The notes beneath the pieces were generated by a model. The model was not told the DNA's origin, did not search any database, and saw nothing but the letters and a program-made list of their open reading frames with translations. This document shows positions 1 to 10,165 of a DNA stretch of 64,000 bases, one piece after another. The position numbers and the translations under genes are program-made. The stretch lies in contig JBNKCR010000129.1 in NCBI GenBank assembly GCA_050287845.1, positions 7,364 through 71,363 on the forward strand, written 5' to 3'. This stretch comes from Polyangia bacterium (lineage in GTDB: Bacteria; Myxococcota_A; Polyangia; JAAYKL01). The first letter of the stretch is position 1, and the number at the start of each line of letters is the position of its first letter.

Positions 1-314
1 AGAATGTTGATGTCCTGTCCCAGCTCCTGTACTTCCGGGCGTTTTTGCAGGTGAATATTTATGTTATTCACAACTTGCGAGATGGGTGGATCGATGCGGG
101 AATCGTATCGGAGACACAGGCAGGCATCGTCGTGGTCAAACAGGCGACAGGATGCCTGCAGCACTTTCTGAATCTGTTCATCGCTGGTGTAATCAGGCCA
201 GGCCAGGATGCGAACCATTGCATCGGTCCCCATGGGCCATGGTGTGTATGCTCTGGCGATCTCCGAGAGCAGTGGTTTCTTTTTATCGGGGCGAAATACG
301 TCTTCGGATGTCAT
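1..314 (-). CDS. hypothetical protein, N-terminal fragment (gene runs past window start)
   Basis: Reverse-strand frame open from an ATG near 312-314 to the window edge (about 104 codons, MTSEDVFRPDKKKPLLSEIARAYTPWPMG...). Purine-rich AAGGAAG lies just upstream. Same strand as, and about 58 nt downstream of, the methyltransferase gene. No family recognised. Confidence 0.4.
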   Translation of the reverse strand, partial: MTSEDVFRPDKKKPLLSEIARAYTPWPMGTDAMVRILAWPDYTSDEQIQKVLQASCRLFDHDDACLCLRYDSRIDPPISQVVNNINIHLQKRPEVQELGQDINI

Positions 315-372
315 CTGCTTCCTTCTTTCAAAAATGAAATTTCATTTCTGCAAAAAATGAAACGCTGCATAT

Positions 373-1284
373 TTATTTCCATGCGGCCAGATATCCAACC
401 CAGGCTTCCATGTTGTCGGTAGTCTCACAAATGGCATATTCGTCATTTCCATTATCTTCATCAAACCAGGTGTCGATTTGTCTGAAACCGGATTCTTCCA
501 GAATATCCCGCAATTCCGGCATTGTCCAGAGGCGCCAGTCATACGTGAATGCCTTTTGCAGTTTGCTGCCATCGCGAAAGTGGAAATGGATGTGGCAGAT
601 CGTGTGATGGGTGATGGGGCAGAACTGATCCTGGTCCCAGATATAATCGAACTCGCCCATGTCGGTTGGTTCTTCCATTTTGAACTGGGCATCCGGACCA
701 CCATGCAAATCCAGAAGAAGGACGCCTCCCGGTTTGAGCGCTTTTCTGGCATTTTTAAAATAGTCCAGCAGGATTCGGCGCTGATGAAAAATGAAGTATG
801 AGAAATTGAAGGCGGCAATAACGTCGAAATGAGGTTTCGTATCCGCGTCAAGTACATCCCGGCAAAGAAGTGATATCCGCTGGGAATCTTCTTTCAATGG
901 GCGGACATTGTTTGTCATTCCCCATTCAAGGGTGTCCGCATCCAGATCGATGCCAACGGCGGTTCGGTCTGTGGCACTTTTTACCCACTGTGCACAGAGC
1001 AGTGCTGTGCCGCAGAAATCTTCCCGCAGGGTCATCGCAATTCGGTCAGATCTGGATGCGAATATTTCATCCATAAAAGACTGGGTGATTTCGGCATCCT
1101 GCACGGAACGCTGGTACAGGTCGTGTTTGTCGGCGGTTTCAGCGGTGAGAGCGATAACCGGTTTTTGATTTCGGGGTCTTTTCGTTTTCTGCTGTTTTCT
1201 TTTATTTTTCCGTGTCATATGGTCCGGAAGAATGCCAGAGTCCATCATGGATGACAAGGATTTATACCTGTTCTTCCGATTCAC
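373..1284 (-). CDS. class I SAM-dependent methyltransferase
   Basis: 303-aa ORF with methyltransferase-like motifs (EDFCGTALL glycine-rich motif I, acidic GIDLD, GGVLLLDL motif II). Basic Lys/Arg-rich N-terminus. True start may be an internal Met (1248 or 1218). Confidence 0.7.
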   Translation of the reverse strand: MNRKNRYKSLSSMMDSGILPDHMTRKNKRKQQKTKRPRNQKPVIALTAETADKHDLYQRSVQDAEITQSFMDEIFASRSDRIAMTLREDFCGTALLCAQWVKSATDRTAVGIDLDADTLEWGMTNNVRPLKEDSQRISLLCRDVLDADTKPHFDVIAAFNFSYFIFHQRRILLDYFKNARKALKPGGVLLLDLHGGPDAQFKMEEPTDMGEFDYIWDQDQFCPITHHTICHIHFHFRDGSKLQKAFTYDWRLWTMPELRDILEESGFRQIDTWFDEDNGNDEYAICETTDNMEAWVGYLAAWK

Positions 1285-1323
1285 AATGTGCGATGTTCAG
1301 CTTGGATGCTGCGTGTCTATTTT

Positions 1324-2229
1324 ATGAATATCATTACAAGAAATCCATTTCTGTTTTTACTGGTGGGCATCGTGTTCATCAGTTTCTCACCGGTGCTGGT
1401 GCTGGTTTCGGGAACAACTGCGTTGAAGGCCGGATTGTACCGACATCTGTTTGGACTCCTGTTTCTGTTGCCCTTTGTGCTGTCCAGAAAGGTGCGCTGG
1501 TACCACGGAAAATGGACGGTGCTGTTACCCGTGATGGCAGGAGTACTTTTTTTTGTGGATTTATGGAGCTGGCATATCGCCATTGGCCTCATTGGTCCTG
1601 GGTTGTCCACCCTGATTGGGAATTTTCAGGTATTTTTTGTCACGCTGATAGGGGTTGCCTTTCTCAGGGAAAGGCCGCCTGTGCGATTTTATCTGTCGAT
1701 TCCATTGGCGCTGACCGGTGTGTATTTTATTGGCAATTCAGCGGATGGCGTCGGCTCGCCGCAACTCACAGGCATGGCTCTTTGCCTGCTGGCCGCGCTC
1801 TGTTATGCCTTCTTTCTGATTATCAATCGAAAATCGCAAACGCTGTCCAAAAAAATCAGTGCGGAAATGAATCTGCTGTACATGACCCTTTGCGCTGGAA
1901 CACTGTTTGCGTTGGCCGTTGGCGCATCGGGGGAATCGTATGCGCTTCCGGATACCCGGGCTTTTGCAGCGTTGTTCGCCTATGGGCTCTTTCCGCATTT
2001 TATCGGCTGGATCATTATCATCCGGTGTCTGCCACTGGTAAATGCCACCGTTGCCGGAATGACGTTGCTGTTGCAGCCTGTGCTGACATTTGTGTGGGAG
2101 GTATTGCTGCTCGGAAGGCAGTTTGAGCCGTTACAGCTGTTCGGTGGTGCGCTGGCCATTGCAGCGATATATCTGGGAACCATGAAATCAGAGTCGGCGC
2201 ATTCCGACAGCGGGAATTCGCCGCTCTAG
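1324..2229 (+). CDS. DMT-superfamily (EamA-like) transporter
   Basis: About 300 aa, roughly ten hydrophobic helices in two halves, typical of EamA/RhaT drug-metabolite transporters. Start chosen at MNIITRNPF; ORF opens at 1288. Confidence 0.75.
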   Translation: MNIITRNPFLFLLVGIVFISFSPVLVLVSGTTALKAGLYRHLFGLLFLLPFVLSRKVRWYHGKWTVLLPVMAGVLFFVDLWSWHIAIGLIGPGLSTLIGNFQVFFVTLIGVAFLRERPPVRFYLSIPLALTGVYFIGNSADGVGSPQLTGMALCLLAALCYAFFLIINRKSQTLSKKISAEMNLLYMTLCAGTLFALAVGASGESYALPDTRAFAALFAYGLFPHFIGWIIIIRCLPLVNATVAGMTLLLQPVLTFVWEVLLLGRQFEPLQLFGGALAIAAIYLGTMKSESAHSDSGNSPL

Positions 2230-2290
2230 CCCCACAACTCTATAAAAATCACCAATCGACCGAATCTGGCGTGTGTCTTCGCAACTCAAT

Positions 2291-3616
2291 TTAGTCGGTA
2301 TTTCTTTTTCGCAGGTTGGCAAGGTGTTCGGCGATGCGTTGTTCGAATCCGGAAGGTCCTGGGTTGTAGTATCTGGTTCCAGAGAGTGTATCGGGCAGAT
2401 AGGTTTCGCCGGCCGCAAAACCGCCTTCGCTGGGGGGATATCGGTAGCCATCCCCGTAGCCCATTTCCTTCATCAGTTTGGTGGGCGCATTGCGCAGTCT
2501 GGGAGGAACCGGCAGCGGGCCATGTTTTTTGATGTCGCCTTTGGGGCCATAGATGGCGTCCACCTGTGCGTTGGATTTCGGGGCGCAGGCCAGATAGGTG
2601 CAGAGCTGTGCCATGGGATACGCCCCTTCAGGCATTCCCAGACGTTGAAAAGCCTGATCCGCGACCACGGCCAGTTGCAGCGCTCTGGGGTCTGCGTTGC
2701 CGATGTCTTCCGACGCGAAAATAATCATCCGCCGAAGCACGAACAGTGGATCATCTCCCGCCTCCAGCATGCGAAACATCCAGTAAAGCGCTGCATCCGG
2801 ATCTGAACCCCGCATGCTTTTGATAAACGCTGAAACCACGTTGTAGTGTTCTTCTCCCGATTTATCGTACAATAGCGCTTTGGCCTGAGCGGCTTCTTCG
2901 ACGCAGGCCACATCCACCACTCTGTCGTCGCTGTCCATGGCGTGATGGACACTCATTTCCAACGCGGTCAGTGCGTAGCGGGCGTCGCCTCTGGCATTCT
3001 GCGACAGAAACTGCAATGCATCAGTGTCGATGCGGACATCAAATTTGCCAAGACCACGTTGGGAATCCGCGATGGCCCGTTCCAGTACCATCAGAATATC
3101 ATCCGGACCAAGGGGCGTGAGAGTGAGCACTTTACATCTGGAGAGCAATGCCGCAATCACTGAGAACGAAGGATTCTCCGTGGTGGCGCCCACCAGCGTC
3201 ACCACCCCCTGTTCCACGCTTGGCAGCAGCGCATCCTGCTGAGCCTTATTGAACCGATGAATTTCGTCGATAAACAGAATGGTGCGTTTGCGGTAGTGGC
3301 TGCGCGCCATCCTTGCTTTCTGGATAATTTCCCGGACGTCTTTGATGGAACCACCAACGGCGGAATACGAGATAAATTCCGCACCAGTGTGGGCGGCCAA
3401 TACTCTGGCGAGAGTGGTTTTCCCCACACCGGGAGGTCCCCAGAATATCAATGACGGAATTCTATCGGCGCGAATGGCTTTTTCGAGAAACCGACCCTCG
3501 GCCAGCAGATGTTGCTGGCCTGCAATTTCCGATAATTCTCTCGGCCGCATGCGATCCGGAAGTGGCGACAATCGAATGTCGTTGTTTGCGGCGTGGACGA
3601 ACAGATCCTCAGTCAT
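2291..3616 (-). CDS. rarA: replication-associated recombination protein A (AAA+ ATPase RarA/MgsA)
   Basis: 441 aa; Walker A GPPGVGKTT, Walker B ILFIDEIHRF, and the conserved C-terminal RarA region (YPPSEGGF...YLPD). Collinear with E. coli RarA over the whole length by eye. Confidence 0.9.
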   Translation of the reverse strand: MTEDLFVHAANNDIRLSPLPDRMRPRELSEIAGQQHLLAEGRFLEKAIRADRIPSLIFWGPPGVGKTTLARVLAAHTGAEFISYSAVGGSIKDVREIIQKARMARSHYRKRTILFIDEIHRFNKAQQDALLPSVEQGVVTLVGATTENPSFSVIAALLSRCKVLTLTPLGPDDILMVLERAIADSQRGLGKFDVRIDTDALQFLSQNARGDARYALTALEMSVHHAMDSDDRVVDVACVEEAAQAKALLYDKSGEEHYNVVSAFIKSMRGSDPDAALYWMFRMLEAGDDPLFVLRRMIIFASEDIGNADPRALQLAVVADQAFQRLGMPEGAYPMAQLCTYLACAPKSNAQVDAIYGPKGDIKKHGPLPVPPRLRNAPTKLMKEMGYGDGYRYPPSEGGFAAGETYLPDTLSGTRYYNPGPSGFEQRIAEHLANLRKRNTD

Positions 3617-3637
3617 TTGGTGGAAACCGGGGAGGGA

Positions 3638-3913
3638 TTATTTGTCGCTCTTGGTTTTGATGCTGCTCAATTCGTCTTCTACCCGTGCGAGCGTCCGTTT
3701 GACTTCGTCCAGATCTGCCTGGGTGGCGACCTCCATGAATGATGTCAGTTGCTCTTTGCGGGTCCGAATGGCCTCAGAAACCTTGACGGGTACGGATATG
3801 GCTTTTTCAATGATCGTTCCCACCTGCTCGCTTTCCATGGCTTTGGTAATTACCGGCGAGTTCAACAGCTGCATCCCTTTGCTGATGGCGAGTTCTTTTA
3901 AATTGTCTAACAT
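3638..3913 (-). CDS. small coiled-coil protein (phasin-like or UbiK-like), function unknown
   Basis: 91-aa ORF 21 nt downstream of rarA on the same strand; heptad-like charged pattern (LARVEDELSSIKTKSDK). Confidence 0.45.
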   Translation of the reverse strand: MLDNLKELAISKGMQLLNSPVITKAMESEQVGTIIEKAISVPVKVSEAIRTRKEQLTSFMEVATQADLDEVKRTLARVEDELSSIKTKSDK

Positions 3914-3981
3914 GGTGTAACCCTTTCATCTGTCTTCAGAGAATCTATAGACGGGGCTCATGGTTTGTCAATCAATGAATG

Positions 3982-4998
3982 TCAAAGTGGTAATTTAAGT
4001 TGCCTGGGAATTCTGGAGAAATACACGGAGAACCCGGCTTTCTGAAACGCTATCGCACTGTTTTCTCCGGCGCCCGGACTGAGAAACACCGTTTGCACAC
4101 CACAACTTCTGGCAAACTGGATGAGCCCGGTCACATTTTCGGGCTCTCCGAAACGAAAGTGTTCTCCACGGGGAAGCATGTCCGTTTCCCGTCCGCAGTG
4201 GCAGGTGGGAATCTGACTGTTGGTGGTAAAATCTGATTTTAAAAAGGCGTCCTTCGGAACAATGACCACCCCGTCAACGGGCCACCGTCGATTCAGTCGT
4301 TTCACGGCGAGTTTTTCACCGGCGCAGATAGCGACTTCCCGCAGCAGGGCATACGACCGCCGATGGGCCCATAACGGGTATTCGCAATCGGACAGCGCTC
4401 CGACCACATCGAAAAGTGCTGTTGCGGAGTCGTACGTTGCGGCCAGCGCGATGTGCGTGGTATCAGCCTGGGCTTTAATGGCATCCAATAGTCTTGGCTT
4501 CATGGTTCTGGGAGCCGGAGGCCGCGAAAGAGCCGGGACAAAGTCGACAACCATAATATCCCACTTCCCCCGATGCACTGCCGGGCCAAGGAGAGGTGCG
4601 GTGGTTCTGATGCCGGATGTATAAAGGATTTTTTTTTCTTTAAACGTGATTTCCAGCATGGCTGCCCCGGGTCCCATCCCTGATGGCAGCAGACGCAGGT
4701 CCATTTTGCCCAATTTAAACAGGCGTTCGTAAGACACGGCAATGGCATCCATATGCTGACGCCGATTGCCAAGGGTGGCGACTGCAATATCCGAGCCGAT
4801 GATACGCCTGGTTCTGGCTTTCACCTTCATGTTCAAATCCGAAAAGAAGAGCAGTCCCGGATTCTGACTGCCGTTGAATGCCAACGGCGTTCCGGGCAAC
4901 TTAAATCCGTTGTCGTAGACTATACTTCTGGGGCGTTTGTCGGCGCTGCGTAGAAATATCAGGTGTTGGTCCAACTTTTTATCAATTATGTCATCCAC
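3982..4998 (-). CDS. hypothetical protein
   Basis: 338-aa ORF with no competing long ORF on the other strand; no diagnostic motif recognised. Confidence 0.5.
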   Translation of the reverse strand: MDDIIDKKLDQHLIFLRSADKRPRSIVYDNGFKLPGTPLAFNGSQNPGLLFFSDLNMKVKARTRRIIGSDIAVATLGNRRQHMDAIAVSYERLFKLGKMDLRLLPSGMGPGAAMLEITFKEKKILYTSGIRTTAPLLGPAVHRGKWDIMVVDFVPALSRPPAPRTMKPRLLDAIKAQADTTHIALAATYDSATALFDVVGALSDCEYPLWAHRRSYALLREVAICAGEKLAVKRLNRRWPVDGVVIVPKDAFLKSDFTTNSQIPTCHCGRETDMLPRGEHFRFGEPENVTGLIQFARSCGVQTVFLSPGAGENSAIAFQKAGFSVYFSRIPRQLKLPL

Positions 4999-5268
4999 AC
5001 CGGCAGGCTAGAAAATCAGTGTGAAAGTGTCAAGTTGCAACCGTCTATTCTCCTGGTTCCGGGGAATCTATTTTTCAGCAATCATGAAATCGTCAGCTGG
5101 CGCAATCCGGTCCCCGGCGCTCCTTTTCTTGTGTACCATAGCCGTTTTCCGTAATATGACACGTTGAATAGAATCCGGCGCGATTCCGTTATCAATAGAT
5201 GTGACGCAATTATTTGCCCCGGCAGGTCATTATTCTGAAAACATTGAGGATAGCATGCAGCGAGGAGA

Positions 5269-6060
5269 GTGACAGTGAAAAAATACGCCTGTGTCAGTTG
5301 TTTTATTTGTGTATTTCTGTTTTGTGGTATGGGTGCCATGGGTAAACAGGCCAAACCATCCGCCAGGTCTGCGGACGAGGTTCTGCAACTGGTGGACGAC
5401 AACCTCCTGAAGATGGAAGACTCCACGTACACGGTTGAACTGACAGTGGAACGGTCCGGCAAAATCGTTAAAACGATGGAATTCGAGGTGAAGCTCAAGG
5501 GACTTTTCAAAAAGCATATCACCTTCCTTGCGCCAGGGGATCTGGCCGGTACCGCCATCGTAACTACGGAGGATAAAATCACGTATGTGTTTATGCCGGC
5601 GTATCGCAAGGTCCGCCGTGTGGCATCCCATGTGAACAATCAGGGGTTCATGGGAACGGATGTTTCCGGCGAGGAACTGGGAACCGCAGCGTTGTCGAAG
5701 GGATGGAAGGGGAGCATTATTGAAGAAACGGACCAGCACTGGATTTTGAAACTGGTTCCTGAAAAAAGCACTGAGACTACCTATGCCAAAATGATTGTCA
5801 CGGTTTCAAAGCAATGGGGCGGGGTAGTGAAAATAGATTCCTACAACGGGGATGGCAAAAAAGTGAAAACACAGGAAAGGTCTAACTGGGAGTCATTCAA
5901 ATCCTCTGATGGCAAGGTAACGGTTACAATACCTACAGAATTTGTATTCACCGATCATCTGACCGGTTCACAGACACGAATGACGTTTCTGGGGTGTCAG
6001 GTGAATCAGAATATTCCGGACAGCCTGTTTACCCGACGTGCGCTGATGCGTGGCAAATAG
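5269..6060 (+). CDS. LolA-like outer-membrane lipoprotein-sorting family protein
   Basis: GTG start (alternative GTG at 5275) preceded by GAGGAG; N-terminal signal peptide; about 260 aa beta-rich protein of the type usually encoded beside RND/MMPL exporters. Confidence 0.6.
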   Translation: MTVKKYACVSCFICVFLFCGMGAMGKQAKPSARSADEVLQLVDDNLLKMEDSTYTVELTVERSGKIVKTMEFEVKLKGLFKKHITFLAPGDLAGTAIVTTEDKITYVFMPAYRKVRRVASHVNNQGFMGTDVSGEELGTAALSKGWKGSIIEETDQHWILKLVPEKSTETTYAKMIVTVSKQWGGVVKIDSYNGDGKKVKTQERSNWESFKSSDGKVTVTIPTEFVFTDHLTGSQTRMTFLGCQVNQNIPDSLFTRRALMRGK

Positions 6061-6068
6061 GAGAAAAG

Positions 6069-6902
6069 ATGAAGCCAGCTAAACGATATATACTTGAACT
6101 GTGGACGATTCTCGCGGTGCTGTGTTGTGGACTTCCGCTGCTGGCTGTATCCACAGATATACTCCTTCTGCTTCCGGGGTTTCCGGGAACGCCTGCACAG
6201 GCACAGCCATATGTGGACAGAATGTTGCGATATCTGGAGTCCGAATTGTCTCTGGCCGAAGGGAGCATGAACGGTGTGTTTCTGACAGATGGAACACAGG
6301 CATCTGAAAAACTCACGTCGGTGAAACCCGGACTTGCCCTTCTGGGGCCGTCTGTATACGCCGCACACGCCGGTAAAATGAAGATGAAAGTGATTGCCCG
6401 GATAACCGCCAATGGCCGTGGCGAGCAGCAGTATCACGTTATTGTAAAAAAAGAAGGTCCGACATCGCTGCTTTCGTTGTCCGGTAAGGTGAGTGGGACG
6501 GTGGTGCACGATGAAAAATACGTGCTGAATGTACTGCTGGACGCAAAGGTGCCCACCGGACAACTGACTTTTGAACCCAACCCGCGACCACTGCGCGCGC
6601 TGCGTAGTTTGGCCGCTGGTAAGGTTGATGCCGTCATTGTCGACGATGAAACACTCAGGTATATGGAAGAACTGGACTTCGCGGCTTCGTTGAAGAAAAT
6701 TTACACCACCGATGCGGTTCCCGCCCCATGCGTGGTGGTGATGAACGATGGACTCTCCATGGAAAAACAGCTGAAAAAAGCATTGATAGGTCTGTGCGGG
6801 GGAGAATCCGGAAAGGCGTTGTGCGAATCTCTGACTATATCCTCCATCCGTGCCGCCGGGGATGGCGACTATAAAGCGCTTTTGAGGCGATATAACCGGT
6901 AG
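6069..6902 (+). CDS. periplasmic solute-binding-like protein (PhnD/SsuA-like), function unknown
   Basis: ATG 8 nt after the LolA-like stop with AGGAGAAAAG RBS; signal peptide (ILELWTILAVLCCGLPLLAV); motifs DAVIVDDETLRYMEE and PAPCVVVMNDG resemble type-2 periplasmic binding folds. Longer ORF from 5994 rejected. Confidence 0.55.
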   Translation: MKPAKRYILELWTILAVLCCGLPLLAVSTDILLLLPGFPGTPAQAQPYVDRMLRYLESELSLAEGSMNGVFLTDGTQASEKLTSVKPGLALLGPSVYAAHAGKMKMKVIARITANGRGEQQYHVIVKKEGPTSLLSLSGKVSGTVVHDEKYVLNVLLDAKVPTGQLTFEPNPRPLRALRSLAAGKVDAVIVDDETLRYMEELDFAASLKKIYTTDAVPAPCVVVMNDGLSMEKQLKKALIGLCGGESGKALCESLTISSIRAAGDGDYKALLRRYNR

Positions 6903-7052
6903 GTTCAATCCATCCTCCTCAGTCAGTCCCGGCGCCTCCAACAATGATTCGAGTCATCATCCAATTTTTTTCATTGCCAATTTCCGTTCAGAGGTCATCT
7001 TTTTAAGGTTCACTGCATAATAAATAACTGAAATACCGGAAGGGAGGCCTCC

Positions 7053-9797
7053 ATGGCAAACGAACCCGTTGGTGTCCGTCTGAAAGAAACGGCGGAAGGA
7101 AAACGTCTGTTTCTAGAACCAAGTGTCCGATTGAATCAGTGGCGGAAGTGGGGGCCATATCTGAGTGAGCGGCAATGGGGAACGGTGCGAGAAGACTACA
7201 GTGACAACGGGGCGGCGTGGGAGTTTTTTCCCCACGATCACGCCCGTTCGAGGGCTTATCGCTGGGGAGAGGATGGAATAGGCGGTATCTGCGACAATCA
7301 CCAGATTCTCTGTTTTGCACTGGGGATGTGGAATGGGGTGGATGATATTCTGAAAGAGCGGCTTTTCGGACTGACCGGCAACGAGGGAAATCACGGAGAG
7401 GATGTGAAGGAGGTGTATCACTATGTGGACAGCACTCCCACGCATTCGTATATGCGGTTTTTGTATCGATATCCTCAGGGGAAGTTTCCCTATGCCGATT
7501 TGGCCACTGCGAAGCGCAACCGGGACAAGGATCGCAATCAGTTTGAATATGAACTTCTGGACACGGGGGTCTTTGACGAAAACCGGTACTTCGATATTGA
7601 AGTGACGTACGCGAAGCAATCCGAAGAGGATATTGTTATTCAGATTACAGCGCACAACCGGGGTGCGCAGCGAGCGCCACTCACCATATTGCCCACGTTG
7701 TGGTTTCGCAATCTGTGGTCATGGGGACTGCCGGGAAAAAACCGTCCCACCATTCAAAAATTAAGTGATACGTGTGTCAGAGCCCACAGCGATGAACGCC
7801 AGTTCGGCGATATGTATCTGTATATTGATGATGCGGATGAAGTGCTGTTCTGTAACAACGAAACCAACATGGAGCGATTTCATTGGGGCAGCAATCATGG
7901 CGCCCCTAAAAAAGATGCCATTAACAATTATATTACCCGGAAAGGTGGCAGTTACAATCTGGATCCCGACACGGGGACCAGAGCCTCCTTTCATTGCAGG
8001 CTGGAAATAGATGGCGGTGCCAGCCGGCGAGTGACCCTTCGTCTGAGCAGAACCGAGCAGGATACGCCGTTTCATGCTGCGCAGGGAATTATTACTCAGC
8101 GACAGGCGGAGTGTGACGCGTATTATGAAGAACTGTTTCGCGCAAAGAATCTGGACGACGAGAGGAAGTCCATTTCCCGGCAGGCATTTGCGGGAATGCT
8201 CTGGAGCAAGCAGTTTTATCACTATGTGGTCGAAGACTGGCTGAATGGCGATCCCCTTCCGCCGCGTCCGCCGGAGTCCCGGAAATACGGTCGAAATGCG
8301 GGGTGGAAGACCCTGTACAATGAGGACATCATTTCGATGCCGGATAAATGGGAGTACCCCTGGTTCGCCACCTGGGATCTGGCGTTCCATACGGTAACGT
8401 TTGCCCATATCGACCCGGACTTTGCCAAGCATCAGCTGCGACTGTTCACCTGCGAGTGGTTTATGCATCCCCTCGGACAACTGCCGGCATATGAATGGAA
8501 TTTCAACGACGTGAATCCACCGGTCCATGCGTGGGCCACCTGGCGGGTATACGAGATGGAGCGGGAACTGTTCGGTGTTGCGGATTCGACCTTTCTCACC
8601 CGGGTGTTCAGCAAGCTGCTGCTGTATTTCACCTGGTGGGTCAACCGCAGGGACGCTGAGGGGAACAATCTGTTTGAAGGTGGATTTCTGGGGCTCGACA
8701 ACATCAGCGCCATCGATCGGAGCAATTTGGATCTTGTGGGAAATGAAACGCTGGAACAGGCCGATGGTACGGCATGGATGGGAATATTCTGTTTGAATAT
8801 GCTGCGGATATCCGTCGAATTGGGAACGTTGAACGCAACACCGGCGACGGGGCGCGGCAACACCTATAGCGATTTGGCGTATAAATTTTTTCAGCATTTC
8901 CTGCTGATTGCCAATGCCTTCAATACCCTGGGACTTTGGGATGAGGATGATGATTTCTATTACGATGTGCTCAGAGTACCTCGGTCCACCATAAAGAATT
9001 ATCCCGGAAACCCGTCCGGCTTTGAGACCATTCCGCTCCGTATCCGATCCATGGTTGGGCTGCTTCCCCTGGCTGCTGTGGAACAGATTCCCCATATCGG
9101 CCAGCTCAGTGGGTCCACGGATTTCCGGGACCGGGTGCATTGGTTTGTGAACCATCGCCCGGATTTGACACAGAACCAGAACATTTACCTGGATGCATCC
9201 AATGATAATTTATATCTGTCTCTGGTAGGGCCGGAGCGGATGAAACGGATTCTGGCTCGCATGGTCGATCCCAATGAGTTTTTCAGTGATTTCGGCATCC
9301 GGTCGCTTTCCGCTGCACACGCATGGGAAAGGCAGCCATTTAAAATGCCTTACGAATTGTATGCCGAAGGCGGTGGGACGATTCAGCCGGAAGTAAAATA
9401 TCTGCCTGCGGAATCCGATACGGGTATGTTCGGTGGAAACTCCAACTGGCGAGGCCCGGTTTGGATGCCGGTGAACTATCTGCTCGTTGATGCATTGCAG
9501 AAACACCAGGCGTATTATCAATCACAAATCACCATCGAGTTCCCCATAGGCTCGGGTCAGCAATGCGAGCTCAGTGTGATTGCCAGGGAAATTGCGCGTC
9601 GACTGGTTGCCATCTTTCTCTCTCGCGACGGGCAGCGACCCGTGTATGGGAGTACCACGAAGTTTCAGAACGATGACAACTGGAAGGACTTCATTCTGTT
9701 TTACGAGTATTTTCATGGCGACAACGGCGCGGGGATTGGCGCCAGTCACCAGACCGGATGGACAGGTCTGGTGGCCAACCTGATACTGGAGCAGTAA
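7053..9797 (+). CDS. GH63-family glycoside hydrolase (mannosylglycerate/glucosylglycerate hydrolase-like)
   Basis: 914 aa; strong GGAGG RBS; N-terminal block WGPYLSERQWGTVREDYSDNGAAWEFFPHDHARSRAYRWGEDG characteristic of bacterial GH63/MGH proteins. Confidence 0.75.
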   Translation: MANEPVGVRLKETAEGKRLFLEPSVRLNQWRKWGPYLSERQWGTVREDYSDNGAAWEFFPHDHARSRAYRWGEDGIGGICDNHQILCFALGMWNGVDDILKERLFGLTGNEGNHGEDVKEVYHYVDSTPTHSYMRFLYRYPQGKFPYADLATAKRNRDKDRNQFEYELLDTGVFDENRYFDIEVTYAKQSEEDIVIQITAHNRGAQRAPLTILPTLWFRNLWSWGLPGKNRPTIQKLSDTCVRAHSDERQFGDMYLYIDDADEVLFCNNETNMERFHWGSNHGAPKKDAINNYITRKGGSYNLDPDTGTRASFHCRLEIDGGASRRVTLRLSRTEQDTPFHAAQGIITQRQAECDAYYEELFRAKNLDDERKSISRQAFAGMLWSKQFYHYVVEDWLNGDPLPPRPPESRKYGRNAGWKTLYNEDIISMPDKWEYPWFATWDLAFHTVTFAHIDPDFAKHQLRLFTCEWFMHPLGQLPAYEWNFNDVNPPVHAWATWRVYEMERELFGVADSTFLTRVFSKLLLYFTWWVNRRDAEGNNLFEGGFLGLDNISAIDRSNLDLVGNETLEQADGTAWMGIFCLNMLRISVELGTLNATPATGRGNTYSDLAYKFFQHFLLIANAFNTLGLWDEDDDFYYDVLRVPRSTIKNYPGNPSGFETIPLRIRSMVGLLPLAAVEQIPHIGQLSGSTDFRDRVHWFVNHRPDLTQNQNIYLDASNDNLYLSLVGPERMKRILARMVDPNEFFSDFGIRSLSAAHAWERQPFKMPYELYAEGGGTIQPEVKYLPAESDTGMFGGNSNWRGPVWMPVNYLLVDALQKHQAYYQSQITIEFPIGSGQQCELSVIAREIARRLVAIFLSRDGQRPVYGSTTKFQNDDNWKDFILFYEYFHGDNGAGIGASHQTGWTGLVANLILEQ

Positions 9798-10165
9798 TTG
9801 GGCTGCCGAAGACAACAACCTGTCACCGTATCGCTTCTCAGTTATCCGGATACGCTCCTGTGGTTCTGCCGGTGTGGCAGCATCGATTGGAAGCAGAATT
9901 CGCTGACCCAGACGGTATTCGCCTGATTTGGCTGATAAAATTGGTGCGTGCATCGATTTGTGGGGACAGGGAACGATTTTATTTTAGTGAAACTGTTTAA
10001 TTATGTTATGTATGACCTCTCTCAGGCGTCGGACAGGCAAAAAGCGACGTTTTCTATCTGCATGGATTGGCGGCCTGATGATTTTTTTGTGGGTTGACGA
10101 ATTTTTCTTTCAGAATCGACTTTCTCAGACACTTGCAGCTTTGAACTGTAACACGGAGCAGGAAT

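Noticed and set aside
5994-6068. Longer N-terminal extension of the solute-binding-like ORF
   Set aside because: It would overlap the LolA-like gene by about 65 nt, whereas the ATG at 6069 has a good RBS and directly precedes the signal peptide.
6006-6944. 312-aa reverse-strand ORF covering the solute-binding-like gene
   Set aside because: The forward frame has an RBS, a signal peptide and co-orientation with the upstream gene; the reverse translation is His/Gln-rich with no domain.
7761-9155. 464-aa reverse-strand ORF inside the GH63 gene
   Set aside because: Antisense to a gene with clear family motifs; its translation is low-complexity with no recognisable domain.
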